Source of the DNA: a plasmid
Sequence record: CP113993.1
DNA: 64,000 nucleotides
Strand: one strand, 5' to 3'
The notes under the pieces were generated by a model. The model made no database searches. It was not told the DNA's origin and was given only the letters and a program-made list of their open reading frames with translations. The position numbers were made by a program, and so were the translations under genes. Below are positions 22,288 through 34,600 of this stretch, one piece after another; position 1 is the stretch's first letter; each line of letters starts with the position of its first letter.

Positions 22288-23115
22288 ATGAATCAATACG
22301 CGTACAGACCCTGGTTAAGCCGCTGGAATCTGATTCCGGATGGTCCTCCCTTCATGACTCATTCCTCACAACTTATCCCGGTCAAAACAGCAACTGATGG
22401 CATTAAAGCCATGCTAAAAATTACACATGATAAGGATGAGCAAACCGGCAACGCCCTTATGGCGTGGTGGGATGGAAACGGTGCTGCGCCGGTTATTGCC
22501 CATGAAAATGAGGCAATTCTTCTGGAGAGGGCGACGGGGCTCAGGTCTCTGTCCTCTATGTCCGGGGAAGGTCAGGACATAGAGGCCTGCGGTATTCTGT
22601 GCTTTACAGCAGGCCGGTTGCATGCATTTAAGAAAAAAAGTGAACTTCAGCTTACGCCTCTCCATGTCTGGTTTGCCGCATTAAAACCAGCCGCTGATAA
22701 ATATGGCGGAATTCTTACTCATTGCTGTGAAATTTCAGAAGAATTGCTGTCCACACAACAAGATATGGTCACTCTGCATGGCGACTTACATCATGGTAAC
22801 GTTCTTGATTTTGGGGCATTAGGCTGGTTAGCCATTGATCCAAAAGGCCTGAAAGGTGAACGGGGGTTCGACTATGCCAATATTTTTACAAATCCAGATC
22901 TGAGTAATCCGGTTCCCGGAATAGCCGTTGTGCCGGAAATGTTTAAACAGCGACTTAAAATTGTGACCGAAACTGCGGGTCTGGACAGAAAGCGGCTCCT
23001 GATGTGGATCATCGCATGGTGTGGACTTTCAGCGGCATGGTCACTGGAAAGTAACGATACTGCATCTGTGGCAACGAAAATTGCAGAGCTGGCACTCTTT
23101 GAACTGCATAAGTAA
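22288..23115 (+). CDS. Aminoglycoside O-phosphotransferase of the APH(6)-I (streptomycin kinase, StrB-like) family, divergent
   Basis: LHGDLHHGNVLDFGALGWLAIDPKGLKGERGFDYANIFTNPD matches the StrB core LHGDLHHENIMFSSRGWLVIDPVGLVGEVGF. The N-terminus is also alignable to StrB. Confidence 0.75.
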   Translation: MNQYAYRPWLSRWNLIPDGPPFMTHSSQLIPVKTATDGIKAMLKITHDKDEQTGNALMAWWDGNGAAPVIAHENEAILLERATGLRSLSSMSGEGQDIEACGILCFTAGRLHAFKKKSELQLTPLHVWFAALKPAADKYGGILTHCCEISEELLSTQQDMVTLHGDLHHGNVLDFGALGWLAIDPKGLKGERGFDYANIFTNPDLSNPVPGIAVVPEMFKQRLKIVTETAGLDRKRLLMWIIAWCGLSAAWSLESNDTASVATKIAELALFELHK

Positions 23116-26100
23116 GCAGGAAGGTAAGGTTAAGCTTTGCGATTGAAATTCAGCCTTAACGAGCCTGTCAGTAATTCTGTGTAACTGCCCACTCATTAAA
23201 GGTGATCGCTCAGGCGGTCACCGAACTCGATAATAAAACGGCTCATCGCCAGCCGCCAGTTCTGGATCGGCATACTCCATTTTTTCGACGCATCTTTGAT
23301 CGCCAGATAAATTACCTTTCGTACCGAGTCATCCGTCGGGAACACATTGCGTTTCTTAATCGCAGCCCGGATCACACTATTAAGCGATTCGATTGCGTTC
23401 CTGGTGTAGATGGCTTTGCGGATATCCGGCGGATAACTGAAGAGCGTATTGAGGTTTTCCCAGTGCGCACGCCAGCTTTTGCTGATTTGCGGGTTATGAG
23501 ACGACAATAAGTCAGTCCGCCTGGTGCTGATTATTCTGGCCGGTTTTGTAATCTGAGAGTCATGTACATGATCCAACAGGAAATGGTGTGACGCTCAATA
23601 CTTCTCAGGTCAGTTATTACATGACTCAGCGTAAAAAAGGTGTAACCCAGCATATCTCGGCCATGAAGGCCGGTATCTCTGTCCGCTCCGGTCGCCGGAT
23701 AGAAAAAGATCAATGGTCAAAAGCCGGGGTTCGTCACTGGCGGACGCGTAAAGATCCTCTTGAAGCCGTATGGGACAGCATGCTTGTTCTCCCTGCTGAA
23801 AGAGAGACCTGCGCTGATGCCAACTACCTTGCTGGAAATGCTGCAGGATAAATATCCCGGTCAGTACCCCAACAGCCTTCGCAGGACAATGCAACGGCGG
23901 GTCCGCGAATGGAAGTTGCAGTACGGTGCTGAGCAGGAGGTCATGTTCCGCCAGCGGCATCAGCCCGGGCTGCGTGGCCTGTCGGACTTTACCGAACTGA
24001 AAGGTGTAGTTGTCACCATCGCCGGTAAGTTGTTAGCGCATAAGCTGTATCACTTCCGCCTTGAGTGGAGCCACTGGAGCTGGATGCGGGTGGTGCTGGG
24101 CGGGGAAAGCTTCACTGCTTTAGCTGAAGGTCTGCAGGAAGCGCTCGGTCAGTTAGGTGGCGTACCGGCAGAGCACAAAACTGACAGCCTGCGGGCGGCA
24201 TGGAAACAACAGGGTGAAGACGGACGACGCGAACTGACAGAGCGTTATGCAGCGCTCTGCCGGCACTACGGCATGCAGGGTGTGCACAACAATGCTGGTC
24301 GGGACCACGAAAATGGTTCGGTAGAAAGCGCTCACGGCCATCTGAAAAGACGTATCCGTCAGGCGCTGATCCTACGAGGCAGTAACGACTTCAGTACGCT
24401 GGAAGAATACCAAGCCTTCATCACTCAGCAGGTTATGCGGCACAACCGCAATAATCAGGATCTGGTGAAGGAAGAACGTCCCCATCTGAAGCCGCTGCCC
24501 CCTTCGCCGCAGCGCCGACTACGACGAACTGACGGTGAGGGTCAGTAGCAGCAGTACCATCAACGTGAGGCACGTCATCTACAGCGTGCCTTCCCGGCTG
24601 GTTGGCCAGTTGCTACGGGTCCGCTTATGGGACGATCGCCTGAGTTGTTACGTGGGCAGCAATGAGGTCATGAGCTGTCCCCGGGTCAGGCCTGAAAAAG
24701 GGAAGACGCGGGCCCGACGTATCGACTTCCGGCATGTGATCGACAGTCTGGCGAAAAAGTCCGGTGCGTTCTGTCATGTAACACTGCGAAATGACATCCT
24801 GCCGGACGATGAATGGCGGAGGCTCTGGCGGTCGCCTGTGTAACCATCTGGAGCCTGATATGGCGGGCAGGCTGATGGTGCACGCCCTGAAACTGGCGGC
24901 AGGATATGACGATATCTCGGTTGTGGCAAAAGGTATGGAGCAGATGCTGAACACCCCGGGAGACGTGGATCTGCACCGGCTGATGCGCTTCCTGGGGATA
25001 AAGGAAAAGGAGTTGCCGCCGGTCAGCGTGGTACAGCACAACCTGAGCAGTTATGAGCAACTGCTGCGTGGCAAGGGAGGTCTGCAGTGAGCAATATCCA
25101 TCACCTTGAACGCAGCCTGCGTAAACTACGCCTGACACGTGTTGGTGCGGAATGGCATGCGCTGGAAAAACGGGCGCTGGCGGAAGGCTGGACCCTGTCG
25201 CGTTATCTGCTGACGTTATGCAATGAAGAGCTACTGTGGCGCGAGAGCGAAAAGCTGCGTCGCTATAAAAAGGAGGCGCGGTTGCCGGTGGCCAAAACGT
25301 TGAACGAATACGACTTCAGCCAGGTGCCGGAACTGAACGGCGCTCAGTTCCGGCAGCTCTGCGAAACGACAGACTGGGTTGATGCGGGTGAAAACGTCCT
25401 GCTGTTCGGCGCCAGCGGGCTGGGAAAAAGCCATCTGGCGGCAGCGATCGTGGATGGCGTTGTAGCCCAGGTACCGGGCCCGGTTCTACAGCGCCGGAGA
25501 GTTGCTGCAGGAGCTGCGCAAAGCCAGAGCGCAGCTGAAACTGAATGAGCTGTTACTGAAACTGGATCGCTACCGGGTGATAGTGGTGGATGACCTTGGT
25601 TATGTCAAACGCGACAACGCTGAAACGGGGGGGTTGTTCGAGTTAATCGCACATCGCTACGAACGCGGGAGCCTGGTGATCACCAGTAACCATCCGTTCA
25701 GCACGTGGGGCAGCATCTTCGTGGATGAGACGATGGCAGTGGCGGCAGCAGACCGGTTGATCCATCACGGATATATGTTCGAACTGAAGGGAGAAAGCTA
25801 CAGGAAAAAGACGGCGAAGGCAGTAACCAGCGCGGCTTAACGCCGCACTAAAGGATGCGGCCAGCATAGTGGCGCCAGTCGGCAAAACTAGTTGACGTCT
25901 AATAGCGGGTATTTGTCGTCCCACTCGCCCGCGAACGCATCCAGCGCCATCAGCGCTGCCTCTTCGGAACCGCCTTCAGTCCGCTGGTGACGGCTTTGTA
26001 GTCCTTCCAGGCCACGTATCTCAGGCTGTTACGCACCATGTGGATGATGCACAGCTGGATATGGGTCTGCGGGAAGACGCTGTTTATCGCATCCGGGAAG

Positions 26101-26917
26101 CCCTTAAGACCGTCCATGCAGGCTATCAGGATGTCCTGGAGGCCACGGTTTTTCAGCTCCGTCAGCACACTCAGCCAGAACTTTGCGCCTTCGTTTTCGG
26201 CCAGCCACATGCCCAGCAACTCTTTCTGGCCTTCGGTATTGATCCCCAGCGCCAGGAAGACGGCCTTGTTTATCACACTCCCGTTCTGACGGACCTTTAC
26301 GACGATACAGTCCATGTAAACAATGGGATACAGCGCATCCAGCTGTCGGTTTTGCCACTCAGTAACCTGTTCTTTTACCGCGTCGGTGACCTTAGATATC
26401 AGCGTGGGTGACACATCGGCGTCGTACATTTCTTTGAAGGTGGCGACGATTTCGCGGGTAGTCATGCCTTTGGCGTATAGGGATAAAATCTGGCTGTCCA
26501 TCTGCGTAATGCGCGTCTGGTGCCTCTTAATCAGCTGCGGCTCGAAGGAGTTTTCACGGTCACGCGGCGTGTTCAGTTCGATCTCGCCATCATCGCATAA
26601 CACCGTTTTTGACGAGTAGCCATTGCGGGGGTTTGAACCTGTTTTGGGCGCATTTTTCTCATGCCCGGGGTGGTCAGTTAGTTCCGCATTGAGCGCTGTT
26701 TCGACGGTTAATTTCGTCAGCATACGGGAAAACTGATTGAGGTCGGCTTCGGTTTTAAGGCCCTTAGCCAGTTCAGCCGCCAGTGCTTTGCGTTTCTTTT
26801 CATCCATAATTTGCCTGTCTCCGTTGTTGGAGTGAACATATCAAAAACAGGCAATTACACAATTTTAATTACAGTCTCGCCTTAACGTACAATAATTTTC
26901 GATATCCAAACTGATCC
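23108..26917 (-). mobile_element. IS256-family element (IS285-like) whose transposase gene is split by a nested IS21-family insertion
   Basis: Transposase N-terminal part 25950-26807 (MDEKKRKALAAELAKGLKTEADLNQFSR...) and C-terminal part about 23196-23492 (...PQISKSWRAHWENLNTLFSYPPDIRKAIYTRNAIESLNSVIRAAIKKR...MSRFIIEFGDRLSDHL). Outer inverted repeat at 26879-26917. Degenerate inner inverted repeat at about 23108-23190. Confidence 0.8.
23496..25965 (+). mobile_element. IS21-family element (istA and istB both broken by frameshifts) nested inside the IS285-like transposase gene
   Basis: istA fragments at 23588-23851, 23760-24548, 24535-24843 and 24791-25090. istB fragments at 25087-25548 (Walker A GASGLGKSHLA) and 25502-25840 (VVDDLGY, ITSNHPFSTWG). 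Junctions are inferred from where IS285-like homology stops. Confidence 0.75.
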
Positions 26918-27394
26918 TTGTTAGTCCAGTATGTTGCGGTAATTCCGCTTCACCTTGTCTGTATTCTTCAGGACTTCTGCCGGCAGTAGCGGGCGGCGGC
27001 CTCAATAATGGCAAGGGCACTATCGTTTCGCTGAGCCGGGCGGCCCATTACGGTGCTTCACGGATACCATTCCTGTCTTTACACCACTCAGCCTGATAGT
27101 CAGCAGCGAGATCTTCTTCCGGGTACCGGTGGTACCGGAAAAAGTATGCCAAAGCCTGCTTCACAGATGATTCATCCGACATCACTGCTGTCTCTTGATA
27201 ATACATGCGTACATTAAAATGGAACGGCTTCACGGTTCCGTCTCAGGATTTCTGCGTTATTCATACAGTCAGTTATGTAATATGACTCAGTCATAAAGGA
27301 CATCCTGTCACGTTTTAATGTTTATTTATTAATTTGTTTGTTATGTTTGTTAATGTATGATTTATGCCTACTTCACCATGGCAGAGGTAAATTC

Positions 27395-28510
27395 ATGCGA
27401 CCGGCAACATTCGAACCAGAGCAGATTATAGAAGCAGGACGGGCCTTACAGGCCGAAGGGAGGAATATCACCGGATTCGCGCTGCGTAACCGGATTGGGG
27501 GCGGTAATCCGACGCGTCTTCGTCAGATATGGGACGAGTACCAGGCATCACAACACGCGGCTGAGTCACTTCCTGTCACGGAGCTCCCTGCAGAAATAGC
27601 TGAAGAAGTAAAGGCCGTTTCCACCGCGCTGGCTGAACGTCTCACCCACCTTGTAACAAAACTGAATGATAAAGCTGTCCGGGCAGCAGAATATCGCGTC
27701 ACAGAAATCACCCGTACCGCCGCTGAACAGGCCGCACAGGCGGAAAAGGAATTCGCTGATGCCGCCCGTACGGTGGAGTGTCTGGAAGGAAAACTGGATG
27801 AACTTCAGGCCGGAAATGAACAGTTGACGCAGACACTCAGGGAAGAGCGGTTACTTCGCAGACAGCAGGAGGTGGAGCTGGCCCGGTTGAAAGAACGTCT
27901 TGTGGCCGCTGAACAGACAGCCCGACAAAATGAAGAACGATATCAGGAACAGAAGACAACCCTGCAGGAGGCGCTTGATACTGAGCAACAACAGCTTAAA
28001 TCCATGCGGGAAGATCTTCTGAAGCGTCTTGAGCAGGCATCGGCTGAAGCTAATGAACATGCAGAAGAACTTAAATCTGAACGTGATAAAGTGAATACCC
28101 TGCTTTCACGCCTGGAAACCCGGGAAAATGCGCTGGCCCAGGAACGACAGCATCATCAGGCCACCCGAGATACACTTCAGCAACAACTGGAACAGGTTGG
28201 CGCTGATTTACATGACCGGACCAGTGAGATCGCGATTGAGCGAGACAGGGTCAGCACCCTCACCTCCCGACTTGAGTCGCAGGAAAAAACATCTATATTG
28301 CAACAACAGAGAATGGAGCGAGAAATTGAGAAGCTGGCTGACCGGTGTACCCGGCTGGAGAAACAGCGTGATGACGCTCTGCTGGAGGTAACGAGGGAGA
28401 AAGAAGCCATTGCAGCATTGCGTGGCGAAACGGATGCTCTTCAGCGCCAGAACCAGTCGCTGATGGCCGCGCTGGCAGGCAACAAACAGACCGGTGGACA
28501 AAATGCGTGA
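27395..28510 (+). CDS. KfrA-like DNA-binding protein (N-terminal KfrA_N-type HTH followed by a long coiled coil)
   Basis: MRPATFEPEQIIEAGRALQAEGRNITGFALRNRIGGGNPTRLRQIWDEY, followed by about 300 aa of heptad-rich Q/E/L/R sequence. RBS GAGGT precedes the ATG at 27395. Confidence 0.6.
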   Translation: MRPATFEPEQIIEAGRALQAEGRNITGFALRNRIGGGNPTRLRQIWDEYQASQHAAESLPVTELPAEIAEEVKAVSTALAERLTHLVTKLNDKAVRAAEYRVTEITRTAAEQAAQAEKEFADAARTVECLEGKLDELQAGNEQLTQTLREERLLRRQQEVELARLKERLVAAEQTARQNEERYQEQKTTLQEALDTEQQQLKSMREDLLKRLEQASAEANEHAEELKSERDKVNTLLSRLETRENALAQERQHHQATRDTLQQQLEQVGADLHDRTSEIAIERDRVSTLTSRLESQEKTSILQQQRMEREIEKLADRCTRLEKQRDDALLEVTREKEAIAALRGETDALQRQNQSLMAALAGNKQTGGQNA

Positions 28511-28619
28511 TGATGATCCAGAAACATCTCGCTTCATCCTGCCAGTCCTACGGGAGTGTAAGAAATTCTGTGGTGCGACACGAGGTTGTTTCTGTGATTG
28601 TTTCAGCCAGTGTGTAGTA

Positions 28620-29250
28620 AGTAGTGCGAAGAAATCTGCTGTCTCACCAGCAGTTCCCTACCCGACTGAGCGTTGAGAGTAATTTCAGGGTGCAAAGCGT
28701 CGGGGCAACGTAGCCACGGATGATCCGTAAGGACGAGCCATGGGACTCAATCCGAAACTACCAGGCGGTGAAGGAATAAGGGATGAGGGTATGGTCAGTA
28801 TAAGCTCCCCCGGTAAGCATCGTAATGCTAAAGGAGCCAAAGCAGCTGTCAGGCTTCAGCCAAAAGGCACGCGGGCTGGTATGCCCTCTCACAGATGGGG
28901 CATCATGAGTGTTATATCGCCGGTGTTAACGGGAGGCCAGTCCCCTCAGGTCACAGGAACGGAACGTGGTAACTCCGTACAACACCACAAGGTAGTGAGT
29001 TCGTGAGGACAAACAATGGTTGTGCGGGATACTTACAAGTCGACTGGCGACAGGTTGAGGATGAGGTATCTCGCCTTCAGATGCGTATCGCTAAGGCAAC
29101 CAAAGCACAGCGCCGGAATAAAGTATGAATGCCCCAGCGGCTTCTTACCCGATCTTATCAGGCAAAACTACTTGCTGTCAGGCGCGTGCCCTCCCCCCGG
29201 AGTCGGCTGTAACGGAGTGTCTGTTGGCTACCTGTCCGGGGGATAGTAAA
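28620..29250 (+). mobile_element. 5' fragment of a group II intron (ribozyme domains plus a decayed N-terminus of the intron-encoded reverse transcriptase), truncated
   Basis: Frame encodes VDWRQVEDEVSRLQMRIAKATKAQRRNKV, then after a frameshift QRLLTRSYQAKLLAVRRV. This is the canonical N-terminus of a group II intron reverse transcriptase. Upstream is structured RNA-like sequence. The fragment lies just 5' of the IS3-family insertion. Confidence 0.55.
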
Positions 29251-29327
29251 AATTATGCCATTCGCCGGGATTATGCTGCTTTTACAGTGCTTGCCCCCCT
29301 GGCAGTACCGCACGGGTGGAAACCGAC

Positions 29328-30539
29328 GTTACCGGTGACCCTGGCCCAAATTCAGTACAGTGCTAAATCAGAGATCTTCGTCTTTCCGGAGACTTCGGAT
29401 AAATTCAGCCGGAGTCATGTCATTTAATGATGAATGCGTTCTCTCATGATTGTATTCCCTGCGCCAGTTGTCGAGTTTTTCCTGCGCATCTTCCAGTGAC
29501 AGGAACCAGTGAATGTTCAGGCATTCATCCCGCAGGCTGCCGTTAAATGATTCAATAAACGGGTTATCTGTCGGCTTTCCGGGGCGCGAGAAGTCCATTG
29601 TGACGCCGTGTTCATACGCCCATTTATCCAGACTTTTTGAGATAAATTCGCTGCCGTTATCCGCCTGGATTCGTACCGGCAGCCGCTTATCCAGCACCCG
29701 CAGTGCCTCCATTATTCTGACCACATCCTCGCCTTTTAACGATTTTCCGGCATGGATCGCCAGGCATTCCCGACTAAAATTATCCACTACAGTCAGCGCC
29801 CGAAAACGCCGCCCGTTAAACAGATTATCTGACACAAAATCCATACTCCAGCACTGATCGACATGCGTCAGGACCGGGCGCTGCTGACGGCGTGCTGCAC
29901 TGACATGTCTGCGGGGACGTTTTCTGCGCAGGTTCAGGCCTTCCAGGCAATAAATCCGGTGGGTTTTCTTGTGGTTAACAGGCCATCCCTCCCGGCGCAA
30001 CTGAATATGAATACGCGGGCAACCGTAGCGTATCCGGGTTTCCGCTATTTCCCGGATACGCAGGGTTATCGCCCGATCGTCACGCCGGCTCTGCCAGTGG
30101 TAAACGGTTCTGCTCTGCATCAGCAACCCGCATCCCCGCCGGACGCTGATACGATAAGCCTCCAGCAAAAATGTCACCGCCTGGCGCTTATGAGCCGGCC
30201 TCAGAACTTTTGCTTCAGTACCTCCTGCAGCATCTCCTTGTCCAGACTCAGCTCAGCGACCAGCTTCTTCAGCCGCTGATTCTCATCCTCCAGTTGCCGC
30301 AGACGCCGCAGCTCCGTCACGCCCAGCCCGGCAAATTTTTTCTTCCAGTTGTAAAATGTGGCCTCAGAAATTCCCATCTTTCTGCAGACTTCCCCGACGC
30401 GGGTGCCGGTTTCAGCCTGTTTCAGGGCAAATGCAATCTGTTCTTCGGTATAACGGGTCTTTTTCATGGCAATGCGCCTCTCTGTGAGATGGAAGAAAGA
30501 CCGGAAACTTCAGTTTAGACTGGCACTGTTTACAGGGGG
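29328..30539 (-). mobile_element. IS3-family (IS407-group-like) insertion sequence with orfA (30201-30467) and orfB (29368-30177)
   Basis: Orf[85 protein letters not shown]. OrfB has a DDE core (DNGSEF...[10 protein letters not shown]). Imperfect terminal inverted repeats both start tgacc (29328 and the reverse complement at 30539). Confidence 0.85.
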
Positions 30540-30780
30540 AAGGTCACCGGACATCAGCAAGCGAGGGAACAGTATATTGAGAAGTTTGCTTGTTCAGTAC
30601 ACCTGACCTTTTATGCGACTGCTGGAATGTCATCCGGGACGTCAGCCTGAATGGGTTAAAAAGAAGCCTGACAACCATCATTCGAACGTTGTGGCATGCG
30701 CTCTGGCAAACAAGCGGGTACGTATGGCAACTGAGCGGGCTGATGTTGATTATATCGCTGCTTTCCAGGCTCATGGTCAA

Positions 30781-31539
30781 TCAGAAGTTTTCTATAAATT
30801 CATTAATTGATACAGGTCGCCCAAAAACATAACCCTGGAGATAATGGATACCAACGTCTTTTAAATAGTCAGCTTGCTCGAATGTCTCAACGCCTTCTGC
30901 TATAAATTTTAATTTTAATTTCCTTCCTAGGGATATTATATTACTGATAATAAATTCCGTATTTTCATCAATGCCAATCTTGTGTACAAATATCTGGTCA
31001 ATTTTAATGAAATCCACAGGGAACTGCTGCAGATATACATAAGATGAATATCCCGTTCCAAAATCGTCGAGAGATATTTTTATACCATGGGCTCGCAATC
31101 TCTTTATGTTTTCTTCTTCATTCTTACTATAGAGCACTTTTTCTCTTTCTGTAATTTCCAGAATAAGAATCATTTTCTTTTCAGGAAATCCGTTCATAAA
31201 ATTGATACATTTGCTTATAAAAGCACTATTGTTTAAAAGGCCGGGATTAATGTTAATAGCAATGTGGAATTTATAACATATTTTCTTATTAATGAATAAA
31301 GGTAACATTTTATCCATAATGTCTTCCAGTAAATCACACGTCATTCTGATAATAAGACCAGTGCACTCTGCTTCCTGAAGAAATTTTTCTGGTGTCAGAA
31401 TTTCCTTATCACTTTTCCTCCATCGCATTAATACCTCCCCACCAATAAGCCGTTCCGTTTCAGCATCAACAACAGGTTGTATATAGGGTATAAACTGTTT
31501 TTCCATTATCCCCTGCAAGATATTTACTTGAGAGTTCAT
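30781..31539 (-). CDS. Stand-alone EAL-domain protein (predicted c-di-GMP phosphodiesterase)
   Basis: EIT(E)R in the EAL position, DDFGTGYSS, EGVETFEQ and QGYVFGRP motifs. 252 aa with no GGDEF or sensor domain. Lies directly downstream of the autotransporter on the same strand. Confidence 0.8.
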   Translation of the reverse strand: MNSQVNILQGIMEKQFIPYIQPVVDAETERLIGGEVLMRWRKSDKEILTPEKFLQEAECTGLIIRMTCDLLEDIMDKMLPLFINKKICYKFHIAININPGLLNNSAFISKCINFMNGFPEKKMILILEITEREKVLYSKNEEENIKRLRAHGIKISLDDFGTGYSSYVYLQQFPVDFIKIDQIFVHKIGIDENTEFIISNIISLGRKLKLKFIAEGVETFEQADYLKDVGIHYLQGYVFGRPVSINEFIENF

Positions 31540-31655
31540 AATTCAACCTTATCATTAAACATACCGTTCATTATCTGTTAAAAATGATTATAGACGCCTC
31601 CTGTACATTTAGTCCGCATACGTACAGGAGGCGACTAATTTAATGAAATCGTCAG

Positions 31656-34600
31656 TTAGAAACTGTAACGAATTCCAATATTAAAATCTTGTCCATCAAA
31701 GCCAAAACCATTAATTCTTTGATAAGACGAGAGTTCACCATACAGCGAAAGATCTGGACTTAACATTCCACTGGCTCCGATTACAGTATTAAATTTCCCA
31801 CCATTTTTCCCTGTTTTAAAACTGACCCCTTCAATTTTCACATTTTTCGAATTACTGAAATCATTAATAACATCCGCTCTGAAATACGGCTTCCAGCTTT
31901 CTGTACCAGGCACAAGATAAGACAATTTAAATCCTGCTCGTCCTATAATTGGATGTTGGTTATTGATGTCCACACTAAGATCATTATCATCAACAACCTT
32001 ATTTATATATAAGTTTCTGGATATAAGCTGAACTTGTGGCTCAATTTCTAATGAGTTAACAAGATCAAACCTCTTACCAAACTCTATAGATAAATCAAAA
32101 CTATCAGCTTTAACCCGAGAAATTTTTTCTCGATTATTGTAGATATGTCCATTATATAGCCCATATGATAACACTCCGTCAATATAATAATCATTTACAT
32201 TAATTAGCGTACCAGTCAACGAAAAAGTATTGGCATTGACAACCATATAACTGGATTCTTGACTGGAATTTGTAACGTTAGTTCTACTGTCTCCAAATGT
32301 ATAATTCGCTCCTAAAAATACCTTATTATTACCATAATCAAATGCCGTCCAGTTTGTACCTATAGACATGGCATTATTTTTTTGCTTAAAATCATATCCA
32401 TAGTTATCTAAATCCAGATTACTTTTGTAACTGTCTGAACTCGTAATAAATCTATAATAGAAATCAAAATCTTTGATCTGCTTATTATTATTTTTAGAAT
32501 AAATATCCCCCAGTCGGCGATCTATATTGTCCAGAACAAAGTTACTGTAATTGCTAAGTGCTGCTGGTAAACTTAAATATGAGCTTGCTTGCCTGACTAT
32601 GAGCGGGCGTGATTTCCTCTCCCCCGTATTTCCATTCCCTGTACCATTCCCTGTACCATTTCCTGTACCATTTCCTGTACCATTTCCTGTACCATTTCCT
32701 GTACCATTTCCTGTACCATTTCCTGTACCATTTCCTGTACCATTTCCCGTACCATTTCCATTCCCTGTACCATTATCATTCCCTGTGCCATTACCGTTTT
32801 CATTGTTTGAATTATTATAATCAGGATCAACTCCTGGCACCACATTTCCAGAGCTATCCAGATATGCGGTTTGTAGTCTAAAATCTACATTTACAGGCTT
32901 ATCCCCCAGAAAATTACTTTGTTGATCGACCTGATCGCCTCTATATGTAAAAAGCCTGTACTGATAAGGGCTTTTAGTCCCGGTGGATATATACTCACGA
33001 TCTAACTTAAATGCATTATCTGCTGCATCGCCCCCAACCTGAACTAAAGAAATACCATCCCTGCTGCTAAAAATATTACCAGGAGCAGATGCTGTATTAT
33101 CTCCGTTACCTTGCGGAACTACTTTGAGTACAGTTTCACCAGAGACATTACCCTTAATAAGAACTTTATCACTGAGCTGCTGATCTTTATCTCCGCCCTT
33201 ATTCAGAACAGTATTTAAAGTTATAGTACCATTTCCTCCACTATAATCACCTTTAATATTTAAGTTATTAAATTCACTTTTATTAAGTGGTGAAAAAATA
33301 ATATTCCCGCTATTTCTAACATTGTCAACATCTGTACGTTGAGATATCACCCAATTACTGGAGTTATTCATCAGGTTTAAGTTAATAGTAGATTCGTCAG
33401 ATTTATGCATGTTACTGGCTAACGTCGTATTGTCGCCTGCATTGATATTAAGAATACTATTCTTACCCTCAACAAGAATTGGCATATCGGTGTACTGATT
33501 TCTTAACGACAAAGTTGATTGAACATTGTCAGACAATCTCATACCATTGCCTGAGGATTTAATACTTACATTGTCCAGATTTATCGTACTATCCCCAGTG
33601 ATATAGATTAAATCATTTTTTGCAGAAACGTCCCCTCCAATTATGTTTAATACGCCATTATTAACATTCAACAAGGCATCTTGCTTTTCCGAGTTCATAT
33701 TCAAATTGATAAGTGTTAATGCGCCATTCATTAAACTTATCTCACTTGCATCACCGCCATTCCTAACAATCAACTCACCCTCTCCACTCTTGGTAAATTT
33801 GTAATCCCCGGTGTGAATTTTATTCCAAGAAGAACTCATGTCCTTATCGACAGAGATGTCACCATCAGCATTAAAATATACATCCCTGTCTGATGCAAAT
33901 GAACCAAATATTTTTAGCCCTCCTCCATTCATTATTAAGTCAGAATTGTTTTTATTCCCCCCCCCGAGACTTTGGTCTGAATTAATCCGCAGATTCCCCT
34001 GATCAATCCGAGTGATTCCCTGGTATGAATTAATACCATCCAAAGTCATATCACCTTGTCCTTTCTTTATTAAAGAACCGTTACCACTAATTTCACCGGA
34101 AAAAACAGAGTCGGCCAGGCTGTTCACTGTCAGGAGCCGGTCACCGAGCACAACGTGGCTTCCTTCGTCACCCGTAAGATTGTTTACCATGGTGCCGTTG
34201 GTCGTCGCACTGATGTCTAACGTTGCATCCCTGTTAAGTCTGACATTTCCGCTTTTCTCAATGTTACTGTCACCAGACAGGGACAATTTACCGGCAGAAA
34301 CAGTTGTGTCGCCCGTGTAATTGTTCTGGCCTGCCAGTGTGAATGAGGCCGCCCCTGTCTTTAGCAGGCCTCCTGTTTCACCTTCAGCGCCGAATTCACC
34401 GGAAAAAACAGAGTCGGCCAGGCTGTTCACTGTCAGGAACCGGTCACCGAGCACAACGTGGCTTCCTTCGTCACCCGTAAGATTGTTTACCATGGTGCCG
34501 TTGGTCGTCGCACTGATGTCTAACGTTGCATCCCTGTTAAGTCTGACATTTCCGCTTTTCTCAATGTTACTGTCACCAGACAGGGACAATTTACCGGCAG

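Noticed and set aside
27048-27233. 61-aa minus-strand ORF upstream of the KfrA-like gene
   Set aside because: No recognisable motif, overlaps a promoter-like AT-rich region, and has no RBS. Likely spurious.
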